A stretch of 18,688 nt of DNA, taken from contig CBFFRQ010000117.1 of the NCBI GenBank assembly GCA_965644315.1, positions 1 to 18,688 of the forward strand. The letters are read 5' to 3'. The notes under the pieces were generated by a model. The model was not told the origin of the DNA and did no database searches. It saw nothing but the letters and a program-made list of their open reading frames with translations. Positions 7,808 to 17,697 of the stretch are shown here, in pieces. Within the stretch, counting starts at the first letter, position 1; each line of letters opens with the position of its first letter. The DNA is from Caecitellus pseudoparvulus. Taxonomy: Eukaryota > Protista > Bigyra: Bicosoecida. Made by a program: the position numbers and the translations under genes.

Positions 7808-10460
7808 ATGGAACCCGAGTCCGAAAGGCGTTCGATCCCACTCACAGTGCGCTGTCATGTATGCGGGGAAATAGGCCATCGGGCGGGATTCCGCGATTCG
7901 GTCTATGTTGACTGCCCCAACCGGGCTTGCTACTTGTGGTGCGTGCACAGCGAAACCCTGACGTGGTTTGCACGCCGATGGCAGGCCCACCCCGCTGGCC
8001 TTGTCCGCTCACAGCAAGCAAGACGGCCACACCACAATGACGTGTCCCTACCGAGCAAAGCCTGGGGATGGGAAGCTCGTTCGCAACATGGACGGCAGCA
8101 GCGTGTTGCGTCGGCTGCAGCAGCGTCAGGAGGGTATCACGACGCCAGCGTCCACCGTTGCTCGGCGCCTAATGCGGGCACGACGCCACCTGCCACGCCC
8201 TGTGACACACCTGTGGCAGCAGCCCCAGCACTGGCGCGTGACGTCTGCGCTTGTGAAGGTGCACTCCCGGCGCGTGACGGTGCTGGAGTTCCACCCACAC
8301 CGTCCCGGCCTCCTGCTGAGTGGTGACAAGTTCGGGGAGCTGTGTCTGTGGCGCCATGACGCGACGCAGCGGGAGGTTTGGAGTCCCCACCGGTACCTCG
8401 TATCGGCGCTCTGCTTCGGCGTGCGCGCAGAGGACAATGGCGTCTTCACAGGCAGCCAGGACGGTACGGTGAAGCGTGTGGACCTGACCACGCACGACAG
8501 CACGCCCCTTCTATCCCTGAACCCGGCTGGGTGGCAGGGGCGCCCTAAGGACTGGCGCATGGTGCAGAGTGTGGCGGGGGATGAGCGCTGCCTGTGGGTG
8601 GGGGACGACGTCGGGCTGGTGCACGTGGTGGACCCCCGGGCAGGGGGCGGGGGCCACCGCGTGCAGGCCTCCTTCCAGGCCCACGCCAAGGGGGACAAGG
8701 TGCAGTGCTTGCACGCCAACCCGGGTGTGCCGTGGCTCATGGCCAGCGCAGGCAACGACAAGACTGTGCGGGTGTGGGATGCGCGCATGCTGGGACGCGC
8801 AGCCAGTGCGTCTGCCGGGTGGGGCGTGCCCGGCACGGGTGCATGGTGGGCACCCGTGCCGACAGGGGGGGACCCCACCCCAGTGCTGACTTTGCAGCAC
8901 TCCAGGGCAGTGAGCTCAGCGTTCTGGTCGCCCTTATCAGGGAGGCACCTGCTCACGACGTGCCTGGACAACCGCATCCGGGTGTGGCATGACGTCATGT
9001 GCAGCGGGTTTCCTCAACGCTCAAAGGCACAGCCACCGCCCTCACCTGCTGCCAGTCGGGCTTCGGATGATGCATTTGCCTCCCCAAGCGTGCATGCGCC
9101 AGTGCGGGGTGGTGGCACTCCTCGTGCAGTAAAGAGCGGTGATTTGAACCTTGGCGAGGCGGCCCCACCTCCCTCCACCACGCTCATCCACAGCCACGAC
9201 TTTGGCAGGTACCTGTCACCGTTTCGGGCGGTGTGGGACCCGAAGGACACTCGGGAACGGCTGATCGCGTGTGGGCGGTACATTTCCGACAGCTTCGGCG
9301 GGGTGAAGCTGCACCCCGTGGATTTGCTGGATGCCAGCGGAACTGCGGGGGGATCTGGTGTAGTAGCTCAGCTTGTGGACCCCATCGTGACGACCATCAC
9401 ACCCGTGACAGCAATCTCTCCCCACGAGCAAGCTATCGCAGCGGGGTCCAGCATGTCCCTGTTCTTGTGGAAACCTGTGTCCGCTGGGAAGCAGCGTGCT
9501 GACGGAGAAGGATCGGGCGAAGGCGACGACACGCCAGCCGCCGCATCAGCCGATCGCGACCAGGCCACACGCAGCCCTGCGCCCTCCGACAACACACCTT
9601 GGTGGGAGCTCCCAGAGCACTGCCATGTGGAGTCCCCCGTGAGCAAGGGGAGCAGGAAAAGCGGCAAGAAAGGCGGCAAGAAGCGGCAACGCAATGCCGC
9701 CGCCGCCTTCACTGCCGCTGCCGAAGCAGCCCTTGAGGCCCAGCCCCCAGCACCAGAGGTACTGCTGCTGGACGGGGCTGAGGGTGACGTCCAGCCATAC
9801 AGCATGCAGGCAGCTCTGAAGAAGGCCCGGCGCGCGACCCAGGCAAAAGCGCGCAAGGCCATGAAGACCACGGCAGCGGGCGACACTGCATCCCAGCGAT
9901 CCGGGGCGTCGAGCGAGCCGCGCAAAACTGCACAAAAAGGGACAATACGAAGAAGGAAAGCGACTGACACCAACGCCAGCGTGGCAAGTTCGCAGGGCAT
10001 GGCTCCTGCGTCGCCTGCACCGGCTGCGTCCGCACAGCGGCGGCCCTCACGGCGCAGCAAGGGGTCTACGGCAAGTCCACCAGCTGTGCTCCCCACCTCA
10101 CCACCTTCCACCAGCAAGTCGAAAACAAGTCCGTACTTTGATGCACAAGCTGCCGCTGACCAGGAGCTCCCAGGTGGCGCTGCGGCGGGCTTGGCGAGGT
10201 TTGCTTTTCGGGGTGGTGGAGACCGAGGTCGAGCGGCACGGCAACTGTGCCGTCCAGACGCGCCGAGCAGCACTGCATCTACACTGAACACATCCGCAAC
10301 TTTAACCCAGCCCTCAGATTCCGCTGTGGCAGGCGGCCGCAGGGTCCTGACTGGTACTCAGGAAGTCAGCGACAGCGACAGCGAGGCGGGGGACTTCACG
10401 GGCCCTGCCGCGCCGCCCCCCGAGGCGCCTGAAGGCACCAGCCCCTACTTTAAGAAGTGA
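7808..10460 (+). CDS. DDB2: DNA damage-binding protein 2 (plant/algal type: zinc knuckles + WD40), 858 aa; exons 7808-7938, 8015-10460
   Basis: Intron 7939-8014 restores CHVCGEIGHRAGFRDSVYVDCPNRACYLCKQDGHTTMTCPYR, like the plant DDB2 N-terminal CCHC region. WD40 repeats follow (HSRRVTVLEFHP, SAGNDKTVRVWDAR, LLTTCLDNRIRVW), plus the DDB2-like segment HSHDFGRYLSPFRAVWDPKD...GRYIS...LHPVD. Confidence 0.9.
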
Positions 10461-10505
10461 CTGCCAGACAAAGCAAATGCATTGGTGTGAGCGGGAGCAC
10501 AGCTT

Positions 10506-10583
10506 GCGCTGCAGCGCTGCGTTGGTCAGAGGCGGGTGTCCCGTGAGGGCTGCCACCCGCCTCGTCGTGACGCTCACTTGCGC
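10506..10583 (-). promoter_or_regulatory. Putative non-canonical SECIS element (type II-like) in the 3' UTR of the SelK-like gene
   Basis: Minus-strand RNA: GCGCAAGUGAGCGU C ACGAC GAGGCGGGUG GCAG CCC UCAC GGG A CACCCGCCUC UGAC CA ACGCAGCGCUGCAGCGC. It has a perfect 10-bp helix II closed by opposed GA/GA (CGAC / UGAC), an apical ministem, and a lower helix (GCGU/ACGC, AGUG/CGCU, GCGC/GCGC). It lies ~100 nt 3' of the in-frame UGA. Confidence 0.75.
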
Positions 10584-10649
10584 CGGGGGGAGGAGGGGAG
10601 GTGGTGCCTCGCAGCACCACAGGCCCATGTCAAGGGAAGCGTTGGCTCC

Positions 10650-11018
10650 TTAACATGGGCCGCGCCCTCAAGCCCTGGGGGGCGCCTTGGGCAGGTCCCG
10701 GATGCCCATCACGCGAGGGCCACCCCCCCCGCGCCCACCTCTCCCGCCCCCCCCTGTGGCACGAGCTTGGCCGCCCGCGGCAGGGGGGGCTTGTGGCGCA
10801 GTCATGCACTTGTACACTGCATACCCGGCGCCGCCAAGCAAGGCCCCCTTCATGCCGAGCAGCAAGAAGCCCAGCAGCACGATCCCCCCTGCGATGAGGA
10901 GCTCCTTCTGGCTGCCAGCACAGGCAGAAGCTTGCGCTGGGGCAGCTCGATCAGCCTGTCCATCAGCTTGGGGGGCGGTGGCACCGTTGTCGATGCGCCC
11001 GTTTGTGATTTTCACCAT
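10650..11018 (-). CDS. SelK-like membrane selenoprotein, 122 aa, with putative Sec (UGA) at residue 117
   Basis: Starts MVKITNGRI (cf. human SELENOK MVYISNGQV). A hydrophobic segment LLIAGGIVLLGFLLLGMKGALLGGAGYAVY is followed by a G/R/P-rich tail, then GPRVMGIRDLPKAPPRA-TGA-GRGPC-TAA (cf. SELENOK ...RMGRINHLRGPSPPPMAGGUGR). A SECIS-like hairpin lies downstream. Confidence 0.8.
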
Positions 11019-11227
11019 GGCAGGCGCCTGTGGCAACGCAAGTGAAACGCCGCGACCTACGTTGCGCACCGAGGAGTCCATGTAGGGAGGCGCGCGCAGA
11101 TGACAAGCTCCGGAGAGCCGATGTAGTTTGAAAGCTATGCGGGGATGTCCTGCAGTGCATTGTGCACGATTGTGAGGGGGGAGGGGGGGGCTGTCGTGGC
11201 CTCCAAAACCTTGCGTGAGCCAGGCTT

Positions 11228-12146
11228 TCACTTGGCAGAAGCTGCAGTGCCCTGCGCGGCGACAGCAGCCTCCTTGGCCGCGATGGCATCAGCATCTCCC
11301 AGGTAGTAGTGCTTGATGGGCTTCAGGTCAGCGTCCAGCTCGTACACGAGAGGCACGCCAGTGGGGATGTTCAGCCCCGTGATCTCGTCATCCGACACGC
11401 CGTCCAGGTGCTTCACCAGCGCTCGCAGGGAGTTGCCGTGGGCTGCCACCAGCAGGTCCTTGCCCTCCTTGATGGCTGGTGTGAGGGTGCCTTCCCAGTA
11501 AGGCAGCACGCGCTCCAGGGTCAGCTTCAGGCTCTCCGCAGCCGGCAGGAGGGCAGGGTCCAGGCCCGCGTACTTGGGGTCGTTGGCGGGGTGCCGTTCA
11601 TCCTCCGTGTCCAGGGCAGGAGGTGGGATGTCGTACGACCGGCGCCAGATCTTTACCTGCGCGTCGCCGTGCTTGGCTGCCGTCTCAGCCTTGTTCAGGC
11701 CGGTGAGTGCGCCGTAATGGCGCTCGTTCAGACGCCAGGAGCGACAGACGGGGATCCAGCACAGGTCCATTTCCTCCAAGACATGCCTGTGCGGCGGGCA
11801 GCAGCACTAGGCCATGCTGTGAGCGGGTGGCCAGCAGGCGCGGCACCACTCACCACAGAGTCGTGATGGCCCGCTTCAGCACCGAGGTGTGGGCGGCGTC
11901 GAACTTAAAGCCAGCTTCTTTCAGCAATACACCCGCGGCCTTGGCCTCGCTGTGCCCCTTCTCACTCAAGGCGGCGTCTGCGGGTGCCGGTGAAGAGGTG
12001 CTGGCCAGCTGCGGGAATTGCGCCCCCTCCACACGCTTTCACACACCGTGCCACCCGCAGAACTTGTTGGCCTTGTTCCACTCGCTTTCGCCATGCCTGA
12101 TGAGTACCAGCCTGTGGGCAGCCGCAGAGGAGGATGCTTCGGCCAT
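11228..12146 (-). CDS. gpmA: 2,3-bisphosphoglycerate-dependent phosphoglycerate mutase, 260 aa; exons 12146-12047, 11977-11854, 11786-11228
   Basis: Contains [12 protein letters not shown] (catalytic RHG), [50 protein letters not shown] and [14 protein letters not shown]. Introns 12046-11978 and 11853-11787 are GT..CAG and preserve phase. Confidence 0.97.
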
Positions 12147-12496
12147 GGTGGATGAGGGAGTCGTAGGTTGTTGGGTGGTGGTCTGTGACCTGGACAAGCT
12201 TCGCTGGGTGGTGAAGCGAAGGTGCATTGCTAGGCGGGGCAATCGTGTGGGGGCGAGGGTTTAAGTGTGCATCCCACGCAAGTTGCACCACTCCGCACTG
12301 CCCCGAAGGCCTGTGAGAAAGGGGGGGGTGGCAGATACGTGTGCCAGCGTGAACTGTCCCACTCGCGGTCCCTCAGGCGGGCGGGTAATCTACGCCGGGA
12401 TCGCTCTTGGCCAGGCATGCGGGCGCGTGCAACTCCTCATGCACCACTCGGGGCGCCTGGCCGTGGAAGCCCCACGCCGTGCGCGCACACTCACCG

Positions 12497-14318
12497 TCAT
12501 GCTGAGGACGCTGGGCGTGCGCGTTTTTGAGGCCCGTTGGGCACGGGCGTCGCTGCTGCGCTGCCCGAGTCACTGGCCATGGGCGACACCTCACTCGCTT
12601 CATCTTCCTCCCCAGGCGCAGGCATGTCCAGCATGGGCGGCGTGTGCGCGCCACCCTGCCCCTGCAGCAGCGGCAGCCCCAACACCATGCGTGCTTGCGT
12701 GACGAGCCTTCCCAGCAAGCGCAGCTGCAGCGCAGCGGCGCCTGCCGCCACCCGCAGCAGGCGCTTGTCGGCGTCTTGCGGCGCGACGGGTTCGCACCAC
12801 ATGTGGTCCTCCAAGCTACCCGCCTCCGCCGCCTCCACGCTGGCCCCCGCCGGCAGGGAGATGCCGGCGAGGAAGGGCACCTCCTCCCGCAGGCTGCGCA
12901 AGGCCCGCGCAGCTGCAGCCATCTTGCTGGCCACCTTGCCCGTGAGTGTGTCGCGCAGCTCTGAGAGGACGTCCCGCACCTCCACCAGCGCCTGGCCCGT
13001 CAGGGTGATGGGCATGTACAGGCTCTCCAGCGCAGAGGTGTACTGCCCGCCGCCCAGCAAGTCCGCCTCGAAGGACGCCTGCCCCTCCCACGCGCCAGCA
13101 TCGCCGTCTCCCGCAGCACTGCCCCCGCTGCTGGCCCGCACACGCCGCTTGGTAGGCGATGTGACGCGGAACAGCGCTTCATCCGGCACCTCGTGGCCCT
13201 CAGACCGCACCTCCGCTGCCACCTGCCGCTCAAGGAAGGCGCACACCTGCAGGACAGCTGGACCACTGCGCAGGATGCTGAGCACCTGCTGTGCCACCCC
13301 CAGCAGGGACGCCCGGATGCTGGTGAGGGTGCTCAGGGCCTCCTGTGCCTGCTGCCCCCACCCCGCAACGCCGCCGCCGCTGGCCAGGCCGGCCTCCGCT
13401 GGCTGGGGCAGCCCCAATGCAGACAGGAGGGGGGACTCCTCTGCTGAGCTCGCAGGAGTACGCACTTCGTGACATTCAGGGGGCACTGCCGCCGCCGCCG
13501 CCGCCGCCGCAGTAGCGAGTCGCTCCCGCAGAGCTGCCAGCTCCCCAGCCGCCCCCTTGCGCGCAAAGGCCACCGTGTCCACCAGTTCCTGGGCCTCCTT
13601 GCGCTTGGAGCGTGCGTCGAGGATGGATCGGCCCATGGCCTTGCGCTCAGCCTGCGCCTGGCTCACAGCGCGGCGAAGGCGCAGCAGCTCATAGTGCTGA
13701 GGGAAGCCGCGCTGCAGGCGGCGGGAGAGGGCGGAGCGGCGGTCTGTCAGCAGGCTCAGCTTGGCGTGCAGGTCTCCCCGGACGCCGTGCACGACGGCGT
13801 TGGCCTGCACGGTCTGTTGGTACTGCGAGTGCACCACTTGGATTTGCTTGGCCAGGGTGGCGATGCGGCGCAGGAGCTGCCCCCTGTCGGCCTCCCGGAA
13901 ACGGCTGACAGCGCTGGCCATGGGGCGCACCAAGGACAGCTTCACTGGGCGCCTGGATGCGCGGATGATGGAGAGGGCTTCAGGGAACGCCAGCTTCGCC
14001 AAGGAGCGCCCTGCGCCACAGGGTGAGGTGGAGTGGGGTACCCTGCACGGCGGTGGACAGCGTCCGCGGCACGCACCGTTGGCTGCAACGACATAGTCGC
14101 CCACCTGGAGGTCCAACAGACGCTCTGAAGCGACATGGGAGATGCAAATGCGGCTCTTGGCTGCAGAGTGGGGCGGAGGGCAGTGAGTTCGAGGGGGAGT
14201 TGCACAGTGAAACGCTGGCACCCCTGCCGCCCTCACCCCAGCGAGTGTGCTCTGGCTCTGCAAAGTCAACAAAGTCAATTTTGCGCTCCGACAAGGTGAC
14301 AGTCAGCGTGGACGCCAT
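12497..14318 (-). CDS. PDZ-domain plus coiled-coil protein, ~559 aa; exons 14318-14237, 14160-14077, 14010-12497
   Basis: After removing introns 14236-14161 and 14076-14011, the N-terminus reads ...RICISHVASERLLDLQVGDYVVAANGRSLAKLAFPEALSIIRASRRPVKLSLVRP, a PDZ GDxIxxVNG...L-type pattern. Heptad-like helices follow. Confidence 0.75.
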
Positions 14319-14691
14319 GGCTGGGGTGGCCTTGTGTGCGCCGTGAGCTCAGAATGGTTTGCCAGGCAGCTCACTCCAGCTCTCGGCGCTGCTCGCCGGC
14401 AACGAACCTCAATTGGGGCAGCAAGTGCATGGCGAGCGCTGTTTAGCGTTGGCAAGCGAGGAGTTCAACCTTGTGGGAAGGGTTTGTGACACAAGCGTGC
14501 GACTGTCCAACCGCAGGGTGTGCGAGTTGGCCGCAGGTCTCACATCCCGCCTGCCCGTGCAAATCCAGCGAGCAGTGCCAAGTGCATAGCCTCCAAGTCT
14601 ATGACCCTGATCCTCCGGCAGTCTCCGCGGCCTGCGCAGTGCGCAGCCGCTCTGCCTGGTGCTGGGCGTGCTACGAGCGTTTCGCCTTGCC

Positions 14692-16495
14692 ATGGCAGCG
14701 GCAACGAGGCGTGAGGACGTGGAAGCCGCAGAGGAAGCCCACTTGGCGCCACAAGCAACACAGCCTGGATGTTGCTGTATCTCTGGTCAGTCGCTGCAGA
14801 AGTGAGTGGTGGCATGTCCGCGGACTGTGCCCAGGTCAGCCCTGCACCACACCTCCCTCCTCAGGTGGGCCGAGGAGAGGCAGTACTTTGCAGGCGTGCT
14901 GGAGCGCGCACCGATGTCACAGAAAACCTTCCTGGCTGTGGTGTTCTTCCATTGCACGTTTCTGCTGATCGAGCGTGTGTATGCGTTGGTGTACTCGCAC
15001 GTGTCATACGGAAAGGACGGCCAGACCGACACGGAGGATGTGCAGCTGGATGAACTGTGGATGTTTCTGCTCATGGTGGCCACAACGATGTTCATGGTGT
15101 GGTTCAGCGTGGAGTCTGTGCTGAAAGCCAATGCCTTTGAAGTGGGCGCCTTCTTCGGCACGTCCTTCTTCCTCTTCGTACGGGTCACTGCCGACTACGC
15201 CTGCTTCATGAGCAACAACCGCGAGGACTCCTCTGTGCTGGAGTGCGGCACGCCGGGGCTGTACGGCGCAGCCCCCCACATCATGTTCTCAGTATCCCTG
15301 CTGCTGAACATCGTGGAGTGGGCCCTGGCGGCGGCCATGGTGGACGACCTGCGCTGGACCAAGTACAAAGCCATCGGCAGCGACGTGAAGGTGCGGTCGC
15401 TGTACCGGCACTACGAGCTGTACAGCGCTGTGCGCAAGATGGACCTCCAGTTCTCCAGCATTCTCGTCATCACTGCGCTCGTCTTCTTCTCGAGCTCCAC
15501 AGCAGACATCACGCGGGGCTTGCCGCCCACGGTGCTGCTTCTGTTCGTGGAGGTGCTGTGGGACCGGGCAGGCGTGCGGGCAGTGAAGCAAAAGGACTCC
15601 TGGGCCATGTACGCCTTCTGGATCTTGTCAGTGGTGCTGCCAGTGTATGTCATCGTCATCGGTATGTGCCCGCCCGCCAGCCTGCGCGACGTCCCTGCGC
15701 CCACACGCCGCCGCGGCTGCGTCACTCCCCCCCCCCTCGGCAACTTTCCGCGCAGGCGCTGTGAGTCTGGACGAGAGCAACGAATTCTTCGACGCGCTTC
15801 GGGCTGGCGAGAGTGGCAAGACCAGGAGTGACCGGCTGGCCAAGATTTCTGTGCTCGCCTTCGCCTGTGTCGCGAATCGCATCAGCACCTTCATCATTTC
15901 TGTGCTGCTGTGGCGCCAGTTCGACGACGAGGAGTACAGCGTGCTCATGCAGCTGTTCCGCCAGGGCTTCACAAAGTACGGCAAGCAGCGAGTGACAGAG
16001 CAGCAAGAGCAGCAAGATGTCGTGAACCCAGTGCCAGACGGTGCAGCAGGTGCACCTGGCTCTGCCCCCGCAGCAGTCCCACCTTCCGCTGCTCTGGAAA
16101 TGACGCAAGGCCCCATCACCGTCACAAAGCCTGCCCAACAAGCTGACAGCTCGCCACAGCCCGTGCACACCGCCCGTCTGGCTGCACTGTACGCAGAGGA
16201 GGGCGATGGCGGCTCTATCCGAAGAGGCACCCACTTCGGCTCTGCTCGGCCGTCCCAGCACCGCGCACCCACGCGCCCCCCTGCACCCGAAAAGGGCACA
16301 TCTGCGGCGGATCGTCGAAGCACCTCGGCAGCAGCCTCCAGTGCGGCGCCTGATGTGCCAGGCACTGCCCCACCTGCGGCGCAAGGCGGGCGAGAGGCCA
16401 GCAGCCAACCAGCTGATGACGAAGCCGACCTTACGCCGCGCCAACGGGACTTGCTGCTCATCCAGCAGCTGAAGGCGGCGCGCGGACTCAGGTGA
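14692..16495 (+). CDS. ~8-TM membrane protein, UPF0658 (Golgi membrane protein)-like, ~548 aa; exons 14692-14801, 14865-15661, 15756-16495
   Basis: Introns 14802-14864 (GTGAGT..CTCAG) and 15662-15755 (GTATGT..CGCAG) are in phase. There are eight hydrophobic segments, a central loop WTKYKAIGSDVKVRSLYRHYELYSAVRKMD resembling the UPF0658 motif (recalled, not searched), and a disordered C-tail. Confidence 0.7.
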
Positions 16496-17697
16496 TAGGC
16501 CTTTTTAGGGCTCCTTCACTGGGAACAAATGCTGCTGCGCACAGGCGGCGGCGCCTATGCTTGCGGTGCATGCTGCGCGGCGTGCACGGGCAAAGGAGAG
16601 CGTGCGTTGACGTTATCGGCAGCAGCGGCATCTTGGGCGCACACCAAGCCTGTGCCAGCAGGCAGTGACACTCACGATGCCTCGGACACTCCGCCCTTTC
16701 CTGCACCGCTGAGAGTGTGAGCCGCGTGTGAAGAGCCCCAGGATGCCGTGTTATTCCCACTGGAGCCTTGGGCGTGTGCAGAGTGAAGTGAGCGCTGGCT
16801 TCGTAGGACAGCGTGTGCGCGTTGCGCGCACCAAAGCCGCCGCCTGCAGAATGCACAGTCTTCTCATGCTCTCCAGCCAGCTTACCTACCATGTTTGTCC
16901 GCGTGGTGGCCAATCCCAGCGTGTGCCGTGTCACGGAACATGGCCTGACTTCACTTGCCAGCTTGCAAGGTGTGACGTGTGAATGGAACGTGCCCCCCCC
17001 CCCCTGCAAGCAGCGTGACGCCGGCTGGAGCTTGCCGAGGATGTGCCCCGCCACGCGCACTGCAGGCGTCAAGGTGCACCATTCCCGCGGATTTCTCGCC
17101 TGTGCAAGGCGCGCACACTACGAAAGACATGTCATTCTTGGCCCTTGTCTGCTCGTGGCTTCGCTGGCGGCATGTCTGTGGCGTGGGCCCCGTCGTTCGG
17201 CACCGCTGCCAGAGGCAGCGCTGCTCTTGGCGTTGCGAGGAGGAGTGGGCAGGCCGCCCGCACGGGCGCGCAGACCTTCGTGCTCGGCATTACCAAGCCA
17301 ACACAGGGAACCACAGCCCCCCCCAGACTTCATTATCACCCACCGACCCCGCGGCAGCCTCCGCCACGCTGCCACAGCGCCTCTGCACGCTGCCACAGCA
17401 GGGCGGCGAAAACGCTGATTGCCAGGCAACTCGTCGCAGGTTCCAGACGTGCGTGCATTGCCCCGCAGCTGCCGTTGCACCCCCGCGGCGCGGTGCCCAG
17501 CGGCTTGGCGGCTGTGCAAGCATTTCACGCCTGTTCCGTGCCTCCGCGCTGTGCTTTCGTGTGGAGCCGTGGGGGCCGGCGCAAACCGCACTTCACTGTG
17601 CCAGCGGCGTGCGGCGTCAAGCTTGCTGGCAACGTCAGGGGCAGCAGGCGGATTGCACACGCGCACCTTGCACGCTGGCGTCCTTTCACAGCAAAGA

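Noticed and set aside
2788-10460. DNA-repair gene cluster (APIM protein + DDB2)
   Set aside because: Only two genes, separated by CHMP2 and the relic. Proximity in a compact eukaryotic genome is not evidence of functional clustering.
10529-10563. Hairpin as a rho-independent terminator or MITE
   Set aside because: The locus is eukaryotic, with no U-tract and no target-site duplication. The GA/GA geometry and position fit a SECIS better.
11019-11231. N-terminal extension of ORF 10668..11231
   Set aside because: It overlaps the PGAM stop and 3' UTR. The ATG at 11018 has a GCCATGG context and a SelK-like start.
13488-13510. (GCC)7 microsatellite
   Set aside because: It is an ordinary poly-Ala tract within the PDZ/coiled-coil CDS.
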